Assembly: GCA_028826165.1 (NCBI GenBank)
Contig: JAPDFW010000026.1
Coordinates: forward strand, 1 to 64,000
Source: Anaeramoeba ignava BMAN
Lineage: Eukaryota; Protista; Anaeramoebae
Direction: 5' to 3'
Length of the DNA stretch: 64,000 nucleotides
Positions 1 to 13,472 of this stretch are shown here, piece after piece. The notes beneath the pieces were generated by a model. That model saw only the letters and a program-made list of their open reading frames with translations. It searched no databases and had not been told where the DNA came from. The translations under genes and the position numbers were made by a program. Each line of letters begins with the position of its first letter. Position 1 is the stretch's first letter.

Positions 1-299
1 TTTTGAGGAATAAAAATAGATAATAAAAATAGATAAATAAATTAATGCATTGAAATGAAAGAAAAAGAAAAAGAAAAGAAAAAATATTATATTTAATAAT
101 AAATAAAAATAATTTAAATAACCTTATTGATGAAATTAAAATACAAGTTAAAGAATCAATATTTAAATAAAATAAAATAAAATAAAATAGAAAATAAAAT
201 AATAATCATACAATTTGATATTAAATAAATTAAATAAATAATTCCTTATAATAAATTAATAAAAATAATTTAAAATTCAAGAAATAGTTCAATTTATGA

Positions 300-1230
300 A
301 TATAATAAGATAAAAATTTATCAAAAATTATTATATTATATTATATTATATTGAAAAAGAAAAATTCAAAAATATTATTATTATCAATTTATTAAATAAA
401 TAAACAGAATAATGAAAGAATAAATAAAAGAATATGAATCAAAAAGTAATAAATTAAATGTTTTCAAGAAGAATTATGTTTTTATCTATAAATAATTTAT
501 TAATAAGAATATTTATTATTTTTGAAAAGAATATTTGAATAAATTAAATTATTATGAGAATATATTTTGTATAAATAAATTGGATTTAGAAAAATAATGA
601 ATATAAGAATAGAAATTTTAAAATTACAAAATAAATTAATATAAATAAAATAACCTTATATAATAAATATAAATATTCAAAAATATTTTGATATAATTAA
701 TTAGAAAATTAATTAGAAAAATTATTATCAAATTTCATCAATATTATTATTATTATTTAAAACTTCTTAAATAAATATTATAAGGTAAATAAATATTGAA
801 TAAATCAGAAAGAAATATTATTTATCCTTTTTAAATATTTGGAATGATTAATCATTTTATTATTGAAAAGATAAAATTTTTATTATTGATTATATGATTA
901 TATTGATATAAAAATTTTCATATATAGAAATTGTATTTAAAGTTCAAATAATATTAATAACAATTCTTGAAAATTATGAAATCAAAAAATAAAAATAAAA
1001 ATAAAAATAAAAAGGAAATATTAAATATCTTGAAATTATTCTTAATTCAAATAAATATATTGAAAATAATATTCAAAAAAAAAATTCAGAAAAAAAAACA
1101 ATTTTTTAATTAATTAATTAAGGTTTATAATCAATTTAAATAATATTTCAAATCATTTATAAAATAATTATTTATAAAATAACAATTCTTACATAATTAT
1201 ATTATGTAACAAAAACCCTAATATTATTAT
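300..1230 (+). mobile_element. Heavily decayed non-LTR retrotransposon reverse-transcriptase relic (tentative)
   Basis: No ORF. AT-eroded remnants occur in RT motif order: gatttagaaaaa (DLEK, ~584), atattatttatcctttttaaatatt (resembling ILSPFLFNI, ~815), a possible YADD-region remnant (~890), aaatatcttgaaattattcttaattca (KYL[G>E]IILNS, ~1023), and KSFIK...ILT (~1150-1195). Confidence 0.3.
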
Positions 1231-2617
1231 TAATTAAAAAGAAATAATATCAAATAATAAATTTAATTGTTAATAAACATATTAAATCAAGTTTATTTAA
1301 AAAAAAATTAATTTATATTCATATATTTTGAGTTTTTGGAATGAAATAAACATTTCTAATTTCATAATTCAAATAAATATAAGAAGATAGAAAATAATAG
1401 AAAAATTAAAATAAAATTAGAAAATCTTAATTCAAGAAATTATATTCAATCTTTATAAATAAGATAGAAATAAGGAATACAAAATATTTCAAAATAATTC
1501 AAAAGAATATTTATTTTTAGAAAGATAAAAAGAAATTAGAATGAATCAAAGGGATAGAAAAAAAAATAATTTATTTAGAAATAATTAAATTATAAACCAA
1601 AAATCAAAAAGAATAAAAATATCTAAAATATCAATAAAAATATTATTCTTCTAAAATTAATAATTTTCATAAATGGAATCAATAAATAAACTTATCAAAT
1701 GAAAAATAATAATATGAAATATATATATATATGTTATTTAAAAGAAAAAGAAAAGAAATATTAAATTATTTTCTTTATTTGTAAATATTAAATTTATCAA
1801 AAATAAAAATAAATGAATAAAAATCAATTCATTCAATTAAATAAATAAACAAAAAAAAACTAATAAAAGAAATTAACAGAAGGTAAGTATATTAAAAATA
1901 AACAATAGAATATATTCAGAAGATATTTGAAATTATATCATAATTTATAGTTAATGGGAAATATAATTTAATATAAGAAAGATGAATAGAAAATGAGAAA
2001 TAATGAAGAAAATCAAATTCAATATCAAATTCAATAATGATAATAAAATTAATAAGATAAATAATAAGGATAATTCTGAAAATAAAAACAAATTCAAAAA
2101 TAAAAACAAATTCAAAAAGAAAGAAAAGATTCAAAAAGAAAATAAATTATAACAAAGAGAAAAATAAATCCTAAGAAGGGATACAAAGAATATTTGGAAA
2201 TATAAATTAACAAAGATATCAGAATTAGAGTTAGAATCAAAATAATGAAAAGAATAATCAGAATATTATACAGATTATTTGATAGATTATTCTTAATTGA
2301 AAGATTAAATAGAATATGATTATAAAAATTAATTTAAAAATAAATTATTCCATTTTCCTTTATTTTCTTTTTTATCAAAATTACTTTTAAAAAAACATAA
2401 AAACATGTAGAAATCTCACTTATGATTTTCTTAATAAAATTAAAAATCAAAATCTTATTTGATATTTCCCAATTTCAAATTAAATTAAATTAAATTAAAT
2501 TAAAATTTAATTTAGATTATTTTTTTCCAAATGAACTAAATAAATATTATTTTATTTGGGAAATTTGTTTTTATTTTTATTTAAAAGAAAAATCACAAAA
2601 AAAATGTTTATTTTTAC

Positions 2618-5600
2618 ATACTATTTTTTTCAAAATAAAATAAAAACAAATTTTCATTCAATAAATAATTCATTTTTTTCAAAAAGAAAAAAAAGAAAAA
2701 AAAAATTTTGATTTTGATTTTTTTACTTTCTATTATAAATAATTTAATATTATTCAATTTAAAATAAAAATTGATTATTTTTGATATTTATTTAATATTT
2801 AAATAAAATAATTTTAATTTAATTTTTAATTGTTTTTGTTTTTTGAATAATAAAAATGTAATTTAAATTGAAAAATTTTTATATTATTTTACATCTTGTT
2901 TATTCCAATCAACTCCTGATTTAATAAAATGATTAAAAAGATCCTTATTAATTGGTTTCTTTTGTGCAAAATAATGTAATAAAGTTGCTCCATCAGTCTT
3001 GATTTTTGTTTTTAAATTTAATATTGAGAAAAACAAAATAATTCAAAAAAGAAATGAATTAAAATAAATTATTCATAATTTAAATAATAAAAATGAGTTA
3101 ATAAATTAAGAACTAATTGTTGTTAATTTTAATCAAAAAAATAATTCAAACCTCCTTTTTCTAAATTTATTTTTTAAAAATAAAATTAAAAATTAAAAAT
3201 TAAATTAAAAATGTTTTTGTTTTGTTTTTGTTTTTGTTTTTGTTTGAATTACATAATCTGATTTGTTAAATTCATCATCCAAAAGCTTTAATTCCTTTTC
3301 AATATCAACCTTGTTACTCTTTAATTTGTAAAAATTTTTTTGTTAAAATTAAATAATAAATCAAAATAGATTAATTTTTTTTTCCAAAATAATAATAAAT
3401 ATTAATTTAATATTATTTTAATAATAATTTCTTTTTTTTTAAATTTAATTATTTACTGGCTATTTATTAAATTGAATAATAATTAATTAATTAATAAAAA
3501 AAAAGGATTGTGAAGAAAAAAATTGGCAAAAAAAAAAGATATTTACTTCCTATTTATTTTATGAATAATTGTTTTTGATTTAATAAATATTTAAATATTT
3601 TATGAATAAATTAAAATAATTAGGTTTAAAAAAAGGAAAAAATATTTAATTTTTAAATTCCACAAATGAACAAAATGGCAAGGAAAATATATTTACTTCC
3701 TATTTATTAAATAATAAATAATTTATAAATAAATAAATAAAAAAAGAATTGAGCATAAAAAAAAAGGAGAGAATATTTATTTTGAAATTTCTCAAATTAA
3801 AAAAATTGGGAAAATGAGAAAAAATGGGAAATGAAAATATATATTTACTTTCTATTTATTTTATAAATAATTTTCATTTTTATTTTGAGAATTGTTTTTG
3901 TTTTTAAATATATTAATTTACAGGCTATTTTATTTTTATTAAATAATTTCAATTCAAATTATTTAAAATAAATTTTTTAATTTAAAAAATAATTACTGGC
4001 TATTTTTATTTGAATGAAAATTAATTAATTAGTTTTGGAAATGAATATATTTATAATTAATAAATTAGAGATTAATTAAATTCAAATTATATTTTTGATT
4101 TAAATTTGAAAATATATATTAATTTGAAATAAAATTACTTGTATTCGAGAAAGTAAATCTTTCTCTCTTTCTAATAATTCTTTTTCCTTCTTGATCAATT
4201 CTTGTTTTTGATTGGTTAATTCTTGTTCTTTGTTTCCTAATTCTGCTTCTTTCTTGGTTAACTCTTTTTCTTTCTTTTGATTTTCTTTCTTTTCTTTAGC
4301 GTTCTTCTTTTCCATCTTTCCTAAATCAGTTTCTTTCTTTCCTAAATCAGTTTCTTTCTTTCCTAAATCAGTTTCTTTCTTTCCTAATTCTGCTTCTTTT
4401 TTCGTCACATCTTTTTCTTTGATTTTAATTTCTTTTTGTTTCTTTTTATTATCTTCCTTTTCTTTAGTTAAGGTTTCTTTGTCTTTGGTTAAATCTTCTT
4501 TTTCTTGAATTAATTCTTTTGTTTTCTTTTTAAGATCTTTCTTTTTTCGTCAATTTTTTTTTTTGATTTTTAGAAGTTTTCTTTTTGTTTTTTTTTTATT
4601 TCTGTTTTTTTTTTATTTTTGTTTTTATTTTATTTTTGTTTTAATTTTTATTTTTGTTTTTATTTTAATTTTTTTTTTTTTTTTTATTTTTGTTTTTTTT
4701 TTTTTTTGTTTTATTTTTTATTTTTGTTCCTTATTTTTATTTTTAGAAGTTTTTGATTTATTTATTTTTATTTTTATTTTTATTTTTATTTTTGTTTTTA
4801 TTTTTATTTTTATTTTTGTTTTTTTTTTTTATTTTTGTTTTTTTTTTTGTTTTGTTTTGTTTTGTTTTTGTTTTTTTTTTATTTTTTTTTTGTTTTTGTT
4901 TTTGTTTTTGTTTTGTTTTTAATTTTTGTTTTTGTTTTTGTTTTTGTTTTTGTTTTTTTTGTTTTTATTTTGTTTTTGTTTTTTTTGTTTTGTTTTTTTT
5001 TGTTTTTTTTTTGTTTTTTTTGTTTTTGTTTTTTTTTTTGTTTTTGTTTTTATTTTTTATTTTTTTTTTTGTTTTTTTTTTGTTTTTTTTTTGTTTTTTT
5101 GTTTTTATTTTTGTTTTTGTTTTTGTTTTTTTTTTTTTGTTTTTGTTTTTGTTTTTTTTTTTTTTGTTTTTTTTTTTTTTTGTTTTTATTTTTATTTTTG
5201 TTTTTGTTTTTGTTTTTATTTTTATTTTTGTTTTTGTTTTTGTTTTTGTTTTTGTTTTTTTTTTTTTGTTTTTGTTTTTATTTTTGTTTTTGTTTTTATT
5301 TTTGTTTTTTTTTTTTTTTTGTTTTTATTTTTTTTGTTTTTTTTGTTTTTATTTTTATTTTTAATTTTGTTTTTGTTTTTATTTTTATTTTTGTTTTTGT
5401 TTTTATTTTTATTTTTGTTTTTATTTTTGTTTTTATTTTTGTTTTTATTTTCAAAATAAATGAAATTACATGGTGATTGTAGATTTCAACAACAGTTTCA
5501 AAAGGAAAAAAAGAGAATTTCTGAATTTGATACATTTGATAGTCTGAAATTGGATAAAGATATTGAATATGTTCCAATAATTGAAAAATGGATTTATAAA

Positions 5601-6363
5601 ATGGAATTTGTAGATTCTTTAAATGTAGTTTGGAATATTCTCGTTGAGGTTTCAAATTGTTGTATTTGAACCATTCAATAACTAAACCTGGAATTAATTT
5701 GAGTTTATTGGTTGTTTTGTTTAAAAGCATCATTTCAATAAAGCAAATAACTTCATGTTGATTGATTTTTTGAACTTGATTTGATTGAATCATTTGGTCA
5801 ATATTCTGAGTTAATAAATCTCCACAAGATTGAATAAGAAAATCTGATGAAATTCTTTTAGATTTAGAATATACATCAACTAAGTTATCTTGATTTAATG
5901 ATTGTTGAATATCTTTTTCAATTTTGATTTTGAGTTTTGGTAATATTAGTTTATCAGCTAATTTGTGATAAGAATCAAAAGATTGTTGAGGAATTTTAAT
6001 TTCTCCAGTATACAAAAAACCCATAACAGGATCAACAATTCCATATTCAAATTCAGCGAAATTGATTATCTCCAAATCTTTTTGTCGGAATAATGAATGG
6101 AAAAATTGGCTTCTCGAACTTAAAATTAATTTATGGCAACGAAATTCTTTTAGATTTTTACCACAAATTATTGTAAAATCAGAAAGGGCTGCTTCAGTTT
6201 TCAATAAAGCTTTGAGGTCTATCGTGCATTCATCAGAAAGTAAAGCATCAAGTTGATTGTTTGGTAAATTCAATAAGTTTGTATTCATTGCATTTGTGTT
6301 CATTGTGTTTGTATTCATTGTGTTTGTATTCATTGTGTTTGTATTCATTGCATTTGTATTCAT
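2618..6363 (-). CDS. Multi-exon BTB/BACK - coiled-coil - ankyrin protein with 3-nt microexons (3' end uncertain)
   Basis: Exon 6363-5470 encodes BTB (SDFTIICG..EFRCHKLILSSRSQFF) and a BACK-like region, ending at a GTAATT donor. A coiled-coil exon runs ~4580-4139 (KKETDLG heptad repeats; 5' boundary unresolved). Six 3-nt exons follow (3997,3922,3849,3697,3547,3457), then 3318-3253 (SNKVDIEKELKLLDDEFNKSDY), 3160-3152 (KKE), ankyrin exon 2997-2893 (TDGATLLHYFAQKKPINKDLFNHFIKSGVDWNKQD), and 3-nt exons 2729-2727 (K) and 2620-2618 (Y). All junctions from 4139 onward are phase-0 GT-AG. Confidence 0.7.
3457..3999 (-). other. Array of six single-codon microexons (CCA, CCT, AAA, GAA, GAA, CCA = P,P,K,E,E,P)
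   Basis: On the minus strand each reads TAG-NNN-GTAA(A/T)T, at 3997-3999, 3922-3924, 3849-3851, 3697-3699, 3547-3549 and 3457-3459. Separating introns are 70-149 nt. Confidence 0.75.
4590..5450. repeat. Degenerate (TTTTTG/TTTTTA)n low-complexity tract, mostly intronic
   Basis: Hexamer-like T-rich repeat downstream of the donor at 5469. It gives rise to spurious F/L/V-rich + strand ORFs. Confidence 0.8.
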
Positions 6364-7567
6364 TGTGTTTGTGTTTTTGTTTTTGTTTAAAAAAAAATGA
6401 AAAAAAAATGAAAAAAAATTTTTTTTTTAATTTATATTTTTCCTATTTACTCTTATATCAAATTTAATAATAAATAATTTAAGTTCCTTATTTAAATAAT
6501 TTAAATTTAATTTCAAAAAAATAAATTATTAAAGGTTTTTTTGATTAAAAATTTAATTAAATAATTTTTTTAATTTAAAATTAGTTTTGATTCTTTTTAA
6601 AAATAATTAAATTAAATTATAAATCAATTTAATGAAAAAAAATTAAATAAATTTCCTTTCTCTTCATATATTTACTTGTTATTATTATTGTTATTTTTTT
6701 TATTAAATTTTTTTTTCCGATTTTTTATTTATTTTTTTTTTATTTCATTTTTAATTAAAAAATTAACATAAATTATCTTTTAAAAAAAAATTTTGAATTA
6801 AAACTTAATATTTATCTTAAAAGTTAATGAATTAAAATTATTAAAATAGAGTTTTTTTCTTATTAAAATTATGTTTAATTTATCAAGCCTTTTGTTATAT
6901 ATTTTTTAAATATAATTTTTTTAATTAATTTTATTCTATTTCTTTTTTTCTCATAATTTTATTTCACAAATTATTCAAGAAGTTTATTATTATTTGATTA
7001 TTTTCCTCTTTTTTCTTTTTATTATTCATTTTGCTTCTTTTTATTCATTTTTTATCAATTTTTCATTTTTAGATTATTTTTAATTTTTATTTTATTATTT
7101 ATTTTAATTTTAATTTGGATTTTTTATTTTGATTTTTCTTATAAAAAATTTAATAAAATAAACATTATTTTTTTTTTCATTTTTTTCATTTTTTATTCCT
7201 TTATTAATTTTAATTTATTTATAATAAAATGAATGTATCAATGTTTATAAATAAGTTTTTGTGATTATTTATTTATATTTTAAATTAATTTCAATTTATT
7301 CAAATTGGGATTTCTTATTTAAAAAACAAAAAATAAAAACAATTTTCCTTTTTTTATTTAATTAATTAAACTTATTTTTGTTTTTGAATTTGTTTTAGAA
7401 AGTATAATTTAATATTATAACAAATAAATTTAATATTATTAATGATTCATAGAGATGAGAATTTTTGTAGTCTTTAATCAAAATTAAAATCAAAATTAAA
7501 ATTGAAATTAAAAAATTAATCAAAAAATGGAAAATAAAAACTAATAAGAAACTGGAAAAGAAGTTTT

Positions 7568-10500
7568 AAATCATTTCTTAATTAATTTTATTGCAAAATA
7601 ATAAATAAATTATAATTAAAAATTAAATTAAATTTTTATCTAATTTTTGTTTCAAATTTATTTCATTATTTTTAATAATATTTTAATTTAGTATTAATAA
7701 TAAATTCTTTTTTAAAATCATTTCTTAATTAATTTTATTACAAAATAATAAATAAATTATTATTAAAAATTAAATTAAATTTTTATCTAATTTTTGTTTC
7801 AAATTTATTTCATTATTTTTAATAATTTTAATTTAATATTAATAATAAATTCTTTTTTAAAATCATTTCTTAATTAATTTTATTGCAAAATAATAAATTA
7901 ATTATAATTAAAAATTAAATTTTTATCTAATTTTTGTTTCAAATTTATTTCTTTGTTTTTAATAATATTAATTTAATATTAATAATAAATTCGGTTTTTA
8001 AAATCATTTCTTAATTAATTTTATTGCAAAAATAATAAATAAATTATAATTAAAAATTAAATTAAATTTTATCTAATTTTTGTTTAAATTTATTTCTTTA
8101 ATTTAATAATTTTAATTTAATATTAATAATAAATTCTTTTTAAAATTATTTCTTAATTAATTTTATTGCAAAATAATAAATAAATTATAATTAAAAATTA
8201 AATTAAATTTTTATCTAATTTTTGTTTCAAATTTATTTCTTTATTTTTAATAATATTGATTTAATATTAATAATAAATCCTTTTTAAAATTATTTCTTAA
8301 TTAATTTTATTACAAAATAATAAATTAATTATAATTAAAAATTAAGTTAAATTTTTATCTAATTTTTGTTTCAAATTTATTTCTTAATTTTTAATAATAT
8401 TAATTTAATATTAATAATAAATTTGTTTTTAAAATCATTTTTAATTAATTTTATTACAAAAATAATAAATTAATTATTATCAAAAATTAAATTAAATTTT
8501 TATCTAATTTTTGTTTCAAATTTATTTTTTAATAATATTAATTTAATATTAATAATAAATCCTTTTTAAAATTATTTCTTAATTAATTTTATTACAAAAT
8601 AATAAATTAATTATAATTAAAAATTAAATTAAATTTTTATCTAATTTTTGTTTTAAATTTATTTCTTTTATTTTTAATAATTTTAATTTAATATTAATAA
8701 TAAATTCTTTTTAAAATCATTTTTAATTAATTTTATTGCAAAATAATAAATTAATTATAATTAAAAATTAAATTAAATTTTTATCTAATTTTTGTTTCAA
8801 ATTTATTTCTTTATTTTTAATAATATTTATTTAATATTAATAATAAATTCTTTTTAAAATCATTTTTTAATTAATTTTATTACAAAATAATAAATAAATT
8901 ATAATTAAAAATTAAATTAAATATTTATCTAATTTTTGTTTTAAATTTATTTCTTTATTTTTATTAATATTAATTTAATATTAATAATAAATTCTTTTTA
9001 AAATCATTTCTTAATTAATTTTATTGCAAAATAATAAATTAATTATTATCAAAAAATTAAATTAAATTTTTATCTAATTTTTGTTTCAAATTTATTTCTT
9101 TTATTTTTAATAATATTTATTTAATATTAATAATAAATTCTTTTTAAAATCATTCTTGATTAATTTTATTACAAAATAATAAATAAATTATAATTAAAAA
9201 TTAAATTAAATTTTTATCTAATTTTTGTTTCAAATTTATTTCATTATTTTTAATAATAATAATTTAATATTAATAATAAATCCTTTTTAAAATTATTTCT
9301 TAATTAATTTTATTACAAAATAATAAATTAATTATAATTAAAAATTAAATTAAATTTTTATCTAATTTTTGTTTCAAATTTATTTCATTATTTTTAATAA
9401 TATTAATTTAATATTAATAATAAATTCTTTTTAAAATTATTTTTAATTAATTTTATTGCAAAATAGTAAATAAATTATAATTAAAAATTAAATTAAATAT
9501 TTATCTAATTTTTGTTTTAATTTTATTTCTTTATTTTTAATAATATTGATTTAATATTAATAATAAATTCTTTTTAAAATCATTTCTTAATTAATTTTAT
9601 TGCAAAATAATAAATAAATTATAATTAAAAATTAAATTAAATTTTTATCTAATTTTTGTTTCAAATTTATTTCTTTATTTTTAATAATATTAATTTAATA
9701 TTAATAATAAATTCTTTTTTAAATCATTTCAATTAAATTTATTACAAAATAATAAATAAATTATAATTAAAAATTAAATTAAATTTTTATCTAATTTTTG
9801 TTTCAAATTTATTTCATTATTTTTTATTAATATTACTTTAATATTAATAATAAATTCTTTTTAAATCATTTCTTGATTAATTTTATTGCAAAATAATAAA
9901 TAAATTATAATTAAAAATTAAATTAAATTTTTATCTAATTTTTGTTTCAAATTTATTTATTTTTATTTTTAATAACATTTATTTAATATTAATAATAAAT
10001 CCTTTTTAAATCATTTCTTGATTAATTTTATTACAAAATAATAAATTAATTATTATTAAAAATTAAATTAAATATTTTATCTAATTTTTGTTTCAAATTT
10101 ATTTCTTTATTTTTAATAATATTAATTTAATATTAATAATAAATTCTTTTTAAATTATTTCTTAATTAATTTTATTACAAAATAATAAATTAATTATTAT
10201 TAAAAATTAAATTAAATATTTTATCTAATTTTTGTTTCAAATTTATTTCTTTATTTTTAATAATATTGATTTAATATTAATAATAAATCCTTTTTAAATC
10301 ATTTCTTGATTAATTTTATTACAAAATAATAAATTAATTATAATTAAAAATTAAGTAAAATAATAAACAAAATATTTTAATAAATTTATTTCTTTTATTT
10401 TTAATAACATTTATTTAATATTAATAATAAATACTTTTTAAATCATTTCTTGATTAATTTTATTACAAAATAGTAAATTAATTATAATTAAAAATTAAAG

Positions 10501-11360
10501 TAAAATAATAAATAAAATATTTTAATAATTTTATTTCTTTATTTTTAATAATATTAATTTAATATTAATAATAAATTCTTTTTAAAATTATTTTTAATTA
10601 ATTTTATTACAAAATAATAAATTAATTATAATTAAAAATTAAGTAAAATAATAAACAAAATATTTTAATAAATTTATTTCTTTATTTTTAATAATATTAA
10701 TTTAGTATTAATAATAAATTCTTTTTAAAATCATTTCTTAATTAATTTTATTGTAAAATAATAAATTAATTTTATTAAAAATTAAATTAAATATTTATCT
10801 AATTTTTGTTTCAAATTTATTTCTTTATTTTTAATAATTTTAATTTAATATTAATAATAAATTCTTTTTAAAATTATTTCTTAATTAATTTTATTACAAA
10901 ATAATAAATAAATTATAATTAAAAATTAAATTAAATATTTATCTAATTTTTTGTTTCAATTTTATTTCTTTATTTTTAATAATATTTATTTAATATTAAT
11001 AATAGAAAAGTTTTTAAAATTATTTTTGATTAATTTTATTACAAAATAATAAATAAATTATAATTAAAAATTAAATTAAATTTTTATCTAATTTTTGTTT
11101 TAAATTTATTTCTTTATTTTTAATAATTTTAATTTAATATTAATAATAAATTCTTTTTTGAAATTATTTTTTGATTAATTTTAATGCAAAATAATAAATT
11201 AATTATTATCAAAAATTAAATTAAATTTTTATCTAATTTTTGTTTCAATTTTATTTCTTTATTTTTAATAATATTAATTTAATATTAATAATAAATTTTT
11301 TTTTAAATCATTTTTGATTAATTTTATTGCAAAATAATAAATAAATTATAATTAAAAATT
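7568..11360. repeat. AT-rich satellite, ~143-bp unit, ~26 copies
   Basis: The unit aaatcatttcttaattaattttatt(g/a)caaaataataa...tttatctaatttttgtttcaaatttatttc...aataataaattctttt recurs every ~140-147 bp. A variant block (aagtaaaataataaacaaaat) lies at ~10350-10680. Confidence 0.9.
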
Positions 11361-11393
11361 TTTTCATTTTTTTCTTTTCTTTTTGAAAAAAAA

Positions 11394-13369
11394 ATGGATG
11401 TTTTTGAATTAACAAAGAAAAAGATAGAAGCATCACAAATACTTCTTGCCGCATTTGGAATTAATCCCAGTTTAATTGAAAATAAGAAAAACTTTGCGTT
11501 AATTACACAATTCTTTTATCGACAATTCCTTTTAGTTCCAGTAATAATTTCAATTTAAAAAAAAAAATTTAAATAAAAAATTTTTCTCAATTCAAAAACA
11601 ACAAAAATGATGAATGAAAAATATTAAAGTGCAAAACTAAATTGGGAGATTTTTGGAAACCAACAATAATTGTTTTTGAAAATGAAAAGATAAAGTTAAT
11701 TCTTCGAGATACAAGAGAAAAAATATTTACATCTAAATTTTCTAATGAAAAATTACAATCAAATTTATCTCTTGATCATGAAACTATTATTACTGTTTGT
11801 GTTGATGGTGAAAATTCTTATTCTTTGAGGTTTGAAAATCGCGAAAAAGCTTTGATTATTTTGGAAGTTTTTAATGTTATTATTAGTTGTGATCAAGTTC
11901 AAAGAAGATTAGAATATATTTCTCATATTAACAAAAGGGATCTTTTAGATGGTTAATTAAAATTCATTTATAAAATTAAAATTAAATTAAAATTCATTTA
12001 TAAAATTAAAATTAAAATCAAAATTAAAATTAAAATTAAAATTAAAATTCATTTAAAAATTAAAATTAAAATAAAAATTAAAATTAAAATTAAAATTAAA
12101 ATTCATTTATAAAATTAAAATTAAAATTAAAATTAAAATTAAAATTAAAATTAAAATTAAAATTCATTTAAAAAATTAAAATTAAAATAAAAATTAAAAT
12201 TAAAATTCATTTAAAAATTAAAATTAAAATTAAAATTAAAATTAAAATTCATTTAAAAAATTAAAATTAAAATTTATTTATAAAATTTATTGTAAAATTT
12301 TTTTAGAACAAGACTTCTTGAATGCAATGGTTATTTGTCATTGGGGAAGAAAATCAACTTCTTTTGATATTACTTTTAAAGAACAACCAGCAACAATCAT
12401 TTTAAAAAAACATAAACTCATAATTACATTATTTTATAAAATTAAAATTCCAATTTCATTAAATTTCAAAGTAAAAAATTTGAAAGAAAAAAAAATCAAG
12501 AAAAAAAATAAATTGAAAAAAAATTTGGATTAGATTTTTAAGGATCAAACAGATGCAACTCAATTAATTTTAAAAAGCCAAGGATACAAAGAGCAATTAT
12601 TAGATCGAAATAGTTATACATTGAGATTTTCAAATGAATTATCACGAAATTATTTAATCTGGTTAATTTCACTTAAATTCCGAATTCCAAGTTTAAAATT
12701 CATTCACACTTTATTAACATCAACAGAAGGATCAACAACACTTCATTCAAATCATCTTTTTGAGCATCCTTTATACAGAGAAATCAATAAGGAAAAAGTT
12801 GTTCGTGAAATGAATATGGTTATTGGCTCTCAAAGATTAAAAGCTCCGATTTTTCTTTTTTATACAAAAGTCTCGGCAACTTTAATTCTTGATGATAAGA
12901 AATTGAAAATAACAAGAGTTTCTGGTGATAGTATTAGTTGTGAATACAAAAATGTTTCCTTGTTTATGAACAAAAAAAATACTTCAGTTTTTCTACTTCA
13001 AATTTCTGTATTTTTTTTTTGAATTTTTAAATTAAATTTTAATTAATTTTTTATCTAAAAAAACAAAAAGAATCAACCTTCTTTAATTAGAGTTTTCTTT
13101 CAACCTAAAAATCCTAATGATTCGGATATTATTATTAATTCATTCTTTTTTTTCAAATTTTCATCTCCAAAAGTAAATTTTAAATTTTAAATTTTAAATC
13201 TAAAATTAAATTATTTATATTTTATTTTATTTAGCCAAGTGTTTTATGGAAAGAAGAACATGCAAGATATCTTAGTTTTGAAATGGAAAATTTTGATTCA
13301 GAAGAAGAAAATCAAGAAATTCCAGAAAAAAAGCAAATAATAACAATAACAACCAATAATCAAAATTAA
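11394..13369 (+). CDS. Six-exon hypothetical protein with repeated PH-like beta-sandwich/helix units
   Basis: Exons 11394-11540, 11630-11951, 12307-12470, 12534-13007, 13071-13172 and 13235-13369 splice in frame via GT-AG. Repeated 'SYxLRFxNxxxRxxxI' helix ends resemble PH folds (inference). Confidence 0.7.
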
Positions 13370-13472
13370 TTTCAAAAAAAAAAGAAGAATAAAATAATTT
13401 TTTTTTAATTTTTAAATTTTTTAATTTGTTCTAATGAAACAAATGAAATTTTATATTTTGTTTTTGTTGTTT

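Noticed and set aside
1300-2500. Gene in the A-rich stretch including ORF 1916-2134
   Set aside because: No coherent frame, splice pattern or recognisable domain; likely decayed sequence.
4563-5476. Overlapping F/L/V/C-rich + strand ORFs
   Set aside because: They are translations of a stop-free T-rich repeat antisense to a real minus-strand gene.
7568-11360. CRISPR-like array
   Set aside because: Whole units repeat with no unique spacers, no cas genes are present, and the context is eukaryotic.
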